The notes: generated by a model from the letters alone, not told the origin. Shown: positions 7,615 through 15,206, counted from the stretch's first letter. The stretch is DNA of 15,345 nucleotides from Bdellovibrionota bacterium (GCA_040754655.1 JBFMCE010000093.1:1-15345); one strand, 5' to 3'. Program-made: numbers and translations.

Positions 7615-8487
7615 ATGGCAAGAATCTCAGCGTGCGTCATCGCATACAATGAAGACCGTTCGATCGCGCGGTGCTTGAATTCGCTGCGCTTTGCGGATGA
7701 GATCATCGTCATCGACGGTTTGTCTACCGACCGCACCGTTGAAATTTCCAAATCCATCGCCACAAAAGTGGTACAGGCGCGTTGGGAGGGTTTTGCCAAG
7801 CAGCGCAATCGCGCGCTCTCCGAGGCGTCTGGAGAATGGGTGTTTTTCCTTGATGCCGACGAAGAAGCATCCCTTGATCTTGGCGGCGTTCTTTGCAAGA
7901 TCGCCCAAGGCGATCTCTCTGAGCACCCGAATTGTTATTCAATAAAAAGAATTGAGTATTTCCTGGGCAAGCGGCTCGAATATGGCCCAGGGAATCCGTC
8001 GTACCAATGGCGGTTTTTCAAGCGAGAGGGGGTTCGGTTCGAAGGCGATGTGCACGAGTATCCTAGATTTGACGGGCCTGTGGGTCTCATTTCTGACGCC
8101 GCAATTCATCATTGGCCCTCGTTGGGGATTGATCGGTTTTTGAACAAACTCAACCATTATACGACTCTTGAAGCGTTGGATCGTTTTGCTCTTGGGCAGA
8201 GAACAACTCTTTTTCACGCGTTTGGCACTTTCTTCACCACCTTCTTGAAAAACGGGGTGCGGTACCGCGGCTTGCTCAACGGGCGTGCGGGACTGGTCTT
8301 GACCTTGCTTGAATCGATTTCACGGGTGGTGCGCCACCTGAAACTCTGGGTTTTTTGGCAGGTTTACGAAGGACGCATGAAGCTTGACCTTGGTTTGAGT
8401 TTGCCGAAACCGGGTTCAAGATCGGCCCCGACGCGCGAAGACTTGGAACGCCCGCTTTGGAAGCTCCCTCGTGGGGGCGCGGTATGA
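7615..8487 (+). CDS. Glycosyltransferase family 2 (WaaE/KdtX-like beta-glucosyltransferase type)
   Basis: ISACVIAYNE, DEIIVIDGLSTDRT, GFAKQRNRAL, WVFFLDADE (DxD), VHE and KLNHYTTLEA. ATG7615 gives the typical GT2 N-terminus. Confidence 0.92.
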   Translation: MARISACVIAYNEDRSIARCLNSLRFADEIIVIDGLSTDRTVEISKSIATKVVQARWEGFAKQRNRALSEASGEWVFFLDADEEASLDLGGVLCKIAQGDLSEHPNCYSIKRIEYFLGKRLEYGPGNPSYQWRFFKREGVRFEGDVHEYPRFDGPVGLISDAAIHHWPSLGIDRFLNKLNHYTTLEALDRFALGQRTTLFHAFGTFFTTFLKNGVRYRGLLNGRAGLVLTLLESISRVVRHLKLWVFWQVYEGRMKLDLGLSLPKPGSRSAPTREDLERPLWKLPRGGAV

Positions 8488-9641
8488 TGGTCGTCCATTC
8501 ATGCACGTCGAAGAGTTTTTCAGGCCTTGAAAGTTATGTTCTCGAACTGGTCACCTGGCAGAATAAGCTGAGTAAGCCTGTGGTGCTCTATTGCCGCGAA
8601 GAAAGCCAGCTTGCGCGTGAGGCCGAGCGCCGGGGAATTCCATTGTGGCTCATCGGGCCTGATGAAAAACCCGGTCCGCTCTTGTGGTCAAAGATGTGGA
8701 CGGGCTGGAAAGAACGCCTCCGCGGAGGAGAGGTCACTTTGCATATGCACGCGGGAGGCGAACCTTGGTTTCACTTGCCTTGGCTTGCCGCGCGCTCCTC
8801 CCAACTCAAAAAGGCGATTTTGCATTACCATATTTGGATCAATCACAAGAAAAACGACCCGCTCCATCGCGCGCTCTTTCTAGGGATTGATGAGGTTTGG
8901 ACTTCCTCTGAGACGGCGAGGGCTCATCTCGCTACGTTACTGCCGATTGAGCGAAAAAAAATTAGAGTCGTGCCTTATGGAAGAGATGTGCGACTGCTTC
9001 AAGGTATCTCAAAAGAGCAATCGCGCCTTCAGGTGCGAGCAAGGTTCGGTCTTGGCGAAAAAGACGTGCTCGGGATCTGCGTCTCAAGGCTAGAGCCGAT
9101 CAAAGGGGTAGGCGAGCTCTTTGAGGCATTCGTAAAGATCGCTCCTGAGTATCCGCAGGCCCATCTTTTGATCGTGGGTAACGCTTCTCCCAATAATCCT
9201 GAGGCGCAGAGGTTTTCGGAAGGGCTCTACAAGCGTTACGCCTCTCTCGAAGAAAACGTGCGAAGGCGTCTACATTTGCCGGGTTATGAATCAGAGTGTT
9301 TGCCGATCATGGCGGGGGCGGATTTTTATGTCTTGCCATCTTACGAAGAGTGCATGTCGCTTGCGATGCTGGATGCTTTGATTTTAGGGCTTCCGATTGT
9401 CGGAACCAATTCCGGCGGCACGCCATCGGTCGCAAGGCCTGATGAGACCGGCATCCTCGTGCCTCCTCGAAATGCCGATGCGTTAGCCTCGGCGTTAGGC
9501 CGGCTTTACGGCGACCTTGAACGTCGTCGTGAATTGGGAAAGGGAGCTCGCGCTTTAGGCCCTGCTTTCGATCGCGAAAAAATTTTTACCCAAATTTGGG
9601 AATGGTATAGCGCCCCGGTCCCTTCTACAATGAATGCATGA
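8484..9641 (+). CDS. Glycosyltransferase family 4 (GT-B fold)
   Basis: SGLESYV (GG.E-like), VSRLEPIKG, LLIVG, ADFYVLPSYEECMSLAMLDAL..GLPIVGT..GG and TGILVPP. ATGA overlap with the GT2 stop gives a start at 8484 (or 8487). Confidence 0.92.
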   Translation: MMVVHSCTSKSFSGLESYVLELVTWQNKLSKPVVLYCREESQLAREAERRGIPLWLIGPDEKPGPLLWSKMWTGWKERLRGGEVTLHMHAGGEPWFHLPWLAARSSQLKKAILHYHIWINHKKNDPLHRALFLGIDEVWTSSETARAHLATLLPIERKKIRVVPYGRDVRLLQGISKEQSRLQVRARFGLGEKDVLGICVSRLEPIKGVGELFEAFVKIAPEYPQAHLLIVGNASPNNPEAQRFSEGLYKRYASLEENVRRRLHLPGYESECLPIMAGADFYVLPSYEECMSLAMLDALILGLPIVGTNSGGTPSVARPDETGILVPPRNADALASALGRLYGDLERRRELGKGARALGPAFDREKIFTQIWEWYSAPVPSTMNA

Positions 9642-11749
9642 CGATCAAGAACTCGAGGCGAGTTCGGCTTTTTCTGGCGGTATCGGCGCTTTGGATCGCC
9701 ATTGGGCTGACGTACTCGAATAGTTTCACGATCGCGTTTCAGTTTGATGACACCCACACGGTTCAATCGAATCTTTACATCCGCTCACTCAAGCATCTGC
9801 CCCGGTTTTTCGTCGACTCTAAGACTTATTCTTATCGCCCAGAGAACAGCGGCTACCGTCCGATGACGACTACGGCCGTCGCTTTTGGTTTCGCGCTCTC
9901 AAAGCTTGAGACCTGGGGTTATCACCTTATAAAACTCATCGAGCATTGCCTGGTCGCGCTGCTTTTATTTGGGGTGGCGCTAAGGCTGCTGCCGCGGTCA
10001 AAGAGCGGTGAGGTCGGAGGCTTTGACCAGAATGCCTCGGTCGCCTGGTTCGGCGCTTTGATTTTTGGCGTTCACCGCGCCAACACCGAGACCGTCAATT
10101 ACATCAGCGCGATCTCAACGTTGCAGGCGGGATTGTTCTTTCTCTTGAGTTTTTACCTCTATTTGCGTTTTAGAGAGTCGAAAAGGAAATCCACCTTCGC
10201 ACTTTCGGTGTTTGCCTATTTCTTGAGTACCTTGAGCAAGGAAGAGGGCATCACCCTTCCAGCCATGATCTTCCTCTACGAATGGATTTATGGCCGTGCC
10301 TCGAACGAGGGTTATTTGAAGGCGTTGAGGGAAAAGGGATGTCGATGGGCGAAACTCGTGGTTCCTTATGCACTGGCGGCGGTCTTGTTCGTGGCGCTGC
10401 GCACGGTGATTCAGCCCGATATCGCCGATGCTTCGCGCGGCAATGTGCCTCGATTTGACTATTTCATCACCCAGTTTCGGTCGTGGCTGCATTATTGGGG
10501 ACTTTTTTTCTGGCCGGTCGAATTGAATGCCGACAACTTGAGCTTTGGTTTCTCGGAAACGCTCGCCGACCCGCGAGTGTTGGGCGCGCTGGCCGTGCAT
10601 CTCATGATTTGGGTGGTTGCGTGGTTCGCGAGGCGGAGGAATCGGTTCTTCTTTTTTTCAGTCTGCTGGATTTACGTCACCGTGCTTCCCGCTTCGAGCG
10701 TGTTTCCTCTGGTCGAGGCGGTCAACGAACACCGCATGTACATTCCCTATATGATGCTTTCGGTGCTGGCGGTTTGGGGAGTTTTCGAGGGGGCAAGGCG
10801 CGTGGCCGCGCGTTTGAACCGGGGCGCGAAGGGGGCCGTGATCCCGGCTTGCATATTCCTTGGTGTTTGCAGCGTCGCGCTCGCGCTTGGAGCGCATGCT
10901 CGAAACGAGGTCTGGCAGACGGATGTTTCTCTTTGGGCGGATATCTATGAGAAGAATCCCGAAAGCCCTCGTGCGATGAATGTCTTAGGAGTGTCTTTGG
11001 TCAATCGCGGTGAGTTTGACCGTGGCACGCCGCTTTTAGAGAAATGCCATCAGATCGCGCCTCAGTATTTACCCTGCATTGTGCATTTGAGTATCGCGTA
11101 TGCGCATTACAAGAAGTTTGATCGTGGGTTAGAGCTTTTAAAGGCGGGGCATCATCTCGACCCCAACTATGTGCACATCAACTATCACCTCGGAAGTTAT
11201 TACAAAGACCATTACGGCGATTACGAGAAAGCACGTAAACATTTGAGGCTGGCCCATGAGTTCTCGTCAGGGCGTTTCTTCCAGGCCACTGTGAAACTTG
11301 CCGAGATGAGTTTGGAAGAAGGAAGGATTGAAGAAGGAGTCTCTATCGCCGAGTCGATTTTGCGGATGGATCGCTCAAACGGAGACGCCTGGGAGGTTTA
11401 TGCCAAAGCGCTTTTATTGAGCAATGATCTCTCGAATGCGCTTGCGATCTTCACCAGGCTTCTTGAGGCCGCTCCCGACTCTTTTCGTTACCAACTCGAT
11501 GTGGCGAATGTGGCGGAACGGGTGGGCGATTTGCGCAGGGCGCGCGAACTCTATGAGAAGGCGGCTCTTTCGAAGCCCACCCTCATTCAAGCATGGAAGG
11601 GCTTGGCGCGCGTTACGGAGAGAGGTGGCGATCTTGCGCTCATGAGGCGAGCGCAAGGGCGAGTTGCGGACTTGAAGCGTTCAGGACGCTGGGATCTCCT
11701 TTATTCAATGTTTTTCGTTGATGAGGGTCAGGTGGGGCGGGTTCAGTGA
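9638..11749 (+). CDS. TMTC-like polytopic GT-C glycosyltransferase (protein O-mannosyltransferase-like) with C-terminal TPR repeats
   Basis: First TM helix followed by FQFDD, then YRP, YH, H...TETVNYIS, LSKE, EHRMYIP and RN.VW....LW. About 10 hydrophobic segments, then TPR-like helices (RAMNVLGVSL, HINYHLGSYY, DAWEVYAKAL, QAWKGLARV). ATGA overlap with GT4. Confidence 0.85.
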   Translation: MTIKNSRRVRLFLAVSALWIAIGLTYSNSFTIAFQFDDTHTVQSNLYIRSLKHLPRFFVDSKTYSYRPENSGYRPMTTTAVAFGFALSKLETWGYHLIKLIEHCLVALLLFGVALRLLPRSKSGEVGGFDQNASVAWFGALIFGVHRANTETVNYISAISTLQAGLFFLLSFYLYLRFRESKRKSTFALSVFAYFLSTLSKEEGITLPAMIFLYEWIYGRASNEGYLKALREKGCRWAKLVVPYALAAVLFVALRTVIQPDIADASRGNVPRFDYFITQFRSWLHYWGLFFWPVELNADNLSFGFSETLADPRVLGALAVHLMIWVVAWFARRRNRFFFFSVCWIYVTVLPASSVFPLVEAVNEHRMYIPYMMLSVLAVWGVFEGARRVAARLNRGAKGAVIPACIFLGVCSVALALGAHARNEVWQTDVSLWADIYEKNPESPRAMNVLGVSLVNRGEFDRGTPLLEKCHQIAPQYLPCIVHLSIAYAHYKKFDRGLELLKAGHHLDPNYVHINYHLGSYYKDHYGDYEKARKHLRLAHEFSSGRFFQATVKLAEMSLEEGRIEEGVSIAESILRMDRSNGDAWEVYAKALLLSNDLSNALAIFTRLLEAAPDSFRYQLDVANVAERVGDLRRARELYEKAALSKPTLIQAWKGLARVTERGGDLALMRRAQGRVADLKRSGRWDLLYSMFFVDEGQVGRVQ

Positions 11750-11773
11750 TTCCCCGCTTATGAATTGATTTAA

Positions 11774-11802
11774 TTGACTATCTCGATGGTTCTGGGTAAT
11801 TC
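11774..11802 (+). promoter_or_regulatory. Putative sigma70 promoter for the kinase-like gene
   Basis: TTGACT (11774-11779), 17-nt spacer, TAATTC (11797-11802) in an AT-rich gap. This supports ATG11822 rather than TTG11774 as the start. Confidence 0.35.
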
Positions 11803-11821
11803 AAAGATCATTGGATGTGTC

Positions 11822-13096
11822 ATGGCTGGTGCGCGGGGTTACTTTTTTCTCTCTATTCTTTTCGTGGGTTTCGCGTTCGCGTCTCCGCCGTGGCGGGCTT
11901 CCGGTGCTTACGCTTCTTCTCATTGCGTGGATCTGCTTCTGAACGAGGTGCTCGGGACCCACAGCCTTGGTTTCGACCCTGCTACCACGGAGGTTATTCG
12001 CGCGTACAATCTAGCGGTCACTTATTCCGCCAATAAACCGCGAGCTAACACCCCTGCTCAAGCTATCAAGGCTTATCTAAAGGTGAGGCGCCACCTTGAA
12101 GCCGCGAAGCTTCTATTGCCTGAGAATGTTCACCTGCAAAAAGCGACCATCGAACTTGAGCCGATTTCAACGATGATAGCATTGTACCATGAGCTTCGCG
12201 GGCCGCGCGACAAGTACGACAACGTAGCGGCGGAACTGCGAGTGTATGCGAGAGATCTTAAATCTTATCTGGCTGACCAGGCGCTCGCTCTTGAAACTGC
12301 GCGATCATTTGATCAAGCTGTCTGGCTTTATTCATTGATGCGCGAATCGCCGAAGAAGGCGGAAACCCACCTCTATTTGGCTGATCGTTATGAAAAGATG
12401 GGGCGCCTTCAAGAATCCGCGTGGCTTTTCCGTAGAGCGGGCGAATATGCGCGTGCAGAGGCGCTTGAGGCGACGATCGAGGAGGTTTTGAGGGAGGCTC
12501 CCATTCGCTCTAAAAGACCGATGGCGGGAAAAGGGGTTTTTAGCCGCTCAGCCACCCATCCTTACCTTGTCGACCTTGAGGGCGGCATTACGGCAGTGGT
12601 CCGCGTCGAGAAAGATCATTTTGCGTCAAATATCGATCATGAGGTGGGAGCCTTTCATCTGGACCGTGCGTTGGCGTTGGACGTCGTTCCTGTGACGGTA
12701 ATCCGCGAGATCGAGGGGGCGCGTTGTTCGTTGCAGTATTTTTTCAAAGACGCCCCGGTCGCCGCCTTGCTCAATCACCATTCTTCCAACTTTAAAATAC
12801 GATTATTGAATGACTTGCTCGAACGTTTCGACACTCACGCAACCAATGCGGTGGTGCTGCCTCTTGATCTGCAGGCTACGTTTGATTTTGGGTATCTTGC
12901 TGAAGCTTCGAATGCTTTTGTATACGCGCCTCCTCTGAGTCCACGACTGCATTTCGACGCCGTGCGAGTGACGAGTTCTATTCGCGACGCCGATGTCGAA
13001 AAAATTCGCACGCAGCTGGGAGACTCCTTCGGAGAAGCCCGGTTGAATCATGTTTTGCGGAAGATTGAGCTGCTCAAAGCGGAGCTCTCACCTTAA
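11822..13096 (+). CDS. Predicted secreted protein with helical repeats and a C-terminal atypical kinase-like domain (PI3/PI4-kinase, HipA, Fam20-like)
   Basis: Signal-like N-terminus (RGYFFLSILFVGFAFA...AYA). Kinase-like motifs HEVGAFHLDRALALDVVPVTVIR..EG...SLQYF, D.L...DTHATN and DFG match my recollection of the E.AAY.LD..L....VP.TV.R...GSLQ / DRH..N / DHG pattern. Confidence 0.7.
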   Translation: MAGARGYFFLSILFVGFAFASPPWRASGAYASSHCVDLLLNEVLGTHSLGFDPATTEVIRAYNLAVTYSANKPRANTPAQAIKAYLKVRRHLEAAKLLLPENVHLQKATIELEPISTMIALYHELRGPRDKYDNVAAELRVYARDLKSYLADQALALETARSFDQAVWLYSLMRESPKKAETHLYLADRYEKMGRLQESAWLFRRAGEYARAEALEATIEEVLREAPIRSKRPMAGKGVFSRSATHPYLVDLEGGITAVVRVEKDHFASNIDHEVGAFHLDRALALDVVPVTVIREIEGARCSLQYFFKDAPVAALLNHHSSNFKIRLLNDLLERFDTHATNAVVLPLDLQATFDFGYLAEASNAFVYAPPLSPRLHFDAVRVTSSIRDADVEKIRTQLGDSFGEARLNHVLRKIELLKAELSP

Positions 13097-13100
13097 AGGG

Positions 13101-15143
13101 TCACTCGAAATCGTCATCGGCTATGAAATTGACGATGGGATCGCTAGATTCAGGGTCTTTGAAGTCCTGTGACTCCAAGCTAGCTACCGAAGGGAATGCC
13201 TCGCGTTCTGCTTCTAAAAATTGCTTAACCTGATCAGAAGAAACCGTTATCTCGCGATTGCCGAGCGAGCTGATCATTTCAGCGAGCTGCTCATTTGAGG
13301 GGTTGCTGATGCCCTGAGATAATAGTTTTCCGTTGGCCTCTGTTCTCTTCCAGAAAATTTTCTTCATTTCTTCAGTAATTCCCACGCCCATCTGTCTGAG
13401 TGCATGATTCATTACTTTTAGCTTTACGCGAAAGCCAAACGAAGTTCGTAACCAGCGTTTTGCCAAATAATAATCCAGGCGCGCGTCTCTCAAAAGGTTA
13501 TCGACCGTCTCAATTGCCAATGACGCCAAGTCTTCTTCGCCCAGGTGGTAGCGCTTGATCCAGTGGTAGTCATAAAATTCTTGTTTAAGTATTTTGAGGG
13601 ATTGCTCCCAAATCTTCGCCTTGATTTTCCTGAATTTGGTCTGCCTATAATCCAAAACCATTCTATCTAAGTCGGTTTGTTTCGTGGCGTCTACCTTTGG
13701 CCTTTTTTTGAGAGCATCCTCTATCCGTCTTTTTCGAAGTAGTCGTTTGAGAGTGGTCCTTTCTCTATCAGAAAGGTTGTTGGCCAAGACTTTCAGCATC
13801 CTGTCGACGCTGAGCTTTTGAGGTGCGATCTCTGCAAGTCTCCCTACGGGTGAGATGTAGTTCGGATTTGCTGCCGCGTCTCGCAGGATTTTGCGGGCAG
13901 CCTCAACCAGCTGCAGAGTTGGGCTAGAGGTGTTTGGCGGTTCGACTCTAGTTTTGCTTCTTTCTTCGTGTCGCTTTTTGTGAAAGATGAGCCTAAGCCG
14001 GTTCTTCTCATCGTTACTGAGATGGGTCTCAACGATTCTTCTCAATTCTCTTCCGCTCATGCCTTTAAGAGCTAAATTCTCTACCATCTTGAAAGGAGGC
14101 GAGTAGTCAGGGTCAGTATCCGCATTTTTGAGGATTTCCCTTGCGGCCTCGATAACGAGCTCGGCTTGATTTGATTTTTGTGAACGATCTATATGAGGTT
14201 CTTGTTTGGTAACTTGGGTTTTATCTTTGAGTCTTTCGGTCGATCGTTTTTTTGCAAAAATTTGCCAGAGCTCTTTTTGTTCCTCAGGAGTGAGGCGGTC
14301 TGCTAAGGTCTTTCGCACCATCTTGAGGCTCATGCCTTGAGGGGCCAACTGCTCTTTCATTTTTACGGGCGGCAGATAACTCGGGTCGGAGCTGGCCTGT
14401 TGAATCACTTTGCGGGCGGCATCTATCAAGCTGCGGACCTGTTCGCCTGGAACGGCGGCTTGAGCGTTGTCTTTAGACTGCTTTGAGCTGACGGCTTCTT
14501 CGACAGTTCTTCGCGCCGGTTGAGCGGTCGATGGTGAATCCGCCACTTTTCCTACGTGCCCTTGTTTTGCCTTCGAGTGCAGCGCTGCCTTCAAGTCTTG
14601 GCGCTCATCTGGGGTAAGGTACTCGTCAAGTCTTACTTCATTTGCTCGACGTGACGAGTTTGGATCCAGGGAATCAATCGAGCGATACTCGGAAGTATAT
14701 GGTCTGCCTTCTTCTCTTGCTTCCCGATATTGTTTGACGATGCTTCTGGTGCGGCGGACCAGTTCTTTGATTTCAGGATTTTCCTCCATTCGCATGAGTT
14801 TAGAGAATGCGGCAAATTCTTCCGGTTCCAATTGTTTTCGTAGAGAAGCCTGAATCGAGCTTCGAGACCTTCTAGGTGTGATTTCTTCCCAACTCTTCCA
14901 TGGCAGATTAATGACTTCACCACGCTGTTTAGCTGAATCTGCTAGTCCAAGCTGGTATCTGACCTCGTCTCGGTTCATTTTCGCGATAAGTCTTTCGGGC
15001 TCCTTGATTCTTACGAACCTGTCCACAACCTGACCGGCAATTTTACCGCAGTTGGAATGGCCCGGAGTTTTCACACCTTCGCCCCAGCCGTTATTTCCCA
15101 CAAAAAAAACGCCTACTGTGAGCGCAAATAGGCAGAGTTTCAC
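13101..15143 (-). CDS. Hypothetical 680-aa predicted exported protein with internal helical repeats and a C-terminal sigma70 region 2/3-like segment
   Basis: Long ORF with GTG start and signal-like MKLCLFALTVGVFFVG. Internal repeats are visible. The C-terminus reads EEDLASLAI...NPSNEQLAEM...DQVKQFL...SLE...PIVNFIADD. Confidence 0.75.
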   Translation of the reverse strand: MKLCLFALTVGVFFVGNNGWGEGVKTPGHSNCGKIAGQVVDRFVRIKEPERLIAKMNRDEVRYQLGLADSAKQRGEVINLPWKSWEEITPRRSRSSIQASLRKQLEPEEFAAFSKLMRMEENPEIKELVRRTRSIVKQYREAREEGRPYTSEYRSIDSLDPNSSRRANEVRLDEYLTPDERQDLKAALHSKAKQGHVGKVADSPSTAQPARRTVEEAVSSKQSKDNAQAAVPGEQVRSLIDAARKVIQQASSDPSYLPPVKMKEQLAPQGMSLKMVRKTLADRLTPEEQKELWQIFAKKRSTERLKDKTQVTKQEPHIDRSQKSNQAELVIEAAREILKNADTDPDYSPPFKMVENLALKGMSGRELRRIVETHLSNDEKNRLRLIFHKKRHEERSKTRVEPPNTSSPTLQLVEAARKILRDAAANPNYISPVGRLAEIAPQKLSVDRMLKVLANNLSDRERTTLKRLLRKRRIEDALKKRPKVDATKQTDLDRMVLDYRQTKFRKIKAKIWEQSLKILKQEFYDYHWIKRYHLGEEDLASLAIETVDNLLRDARLDYYLAKRWLRTSFGFRVKLKVMNHALRQMGVGITEEMKKIFWKRTEANGKLLSQGISNPSNEQLAEMISSLGNREITVSSDQVKQFLEAEREAFPSVASLESQDFKDPESSDPIVNFIADDDFE
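13713..14429 (-). repeat. Three ~66-aa protein-level repeats (aa 239-304, 330-395, 412-477)
   Basis: Consensus (L/V)(I/V)(D/E)AAR(K/E)(V/I)......(D/N)P.Y..P.....(L/I)A..(G/K)(M/L)S......(L/V)...L(T/S)..E...L..(I/L)..K(K/R)R..E, read directly from the translation. Confidence 0.88.
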
Positions 15144-15206
15144 GATATCTTATCGGTACAATCAAGGGTGAGTTTGAGCGTGCCCACGAGTATGGGCCTT
15201 TGTGTG

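Noticed and set aside
10115..10950. Alternative-frame ORFs (161 aa -, 155 aa +) inside the TMTC-like gene
   Set aside because: Fully nested, with no recognisable features or translation signals.
13101..15143. Calling the 680-aa ORF a bona fide or pseudogenised sigma factor
   Set aside because: It lacks region 4 and the conserved region 2.3-2.4 aromatic motif, there is no room for a frameshifted remainder downstream, and the frame is intact with a signal-like N-terminus. It is reported only as a sigma-like module.
15182..15197. Hairpin GCCCA-CGAGTA-TGGGC downstream of the right-edge ORF
   Set aside because: Short stem and no poly-U on the coding (minus) strand, so it cannot be supported as an intrinsic terminator.
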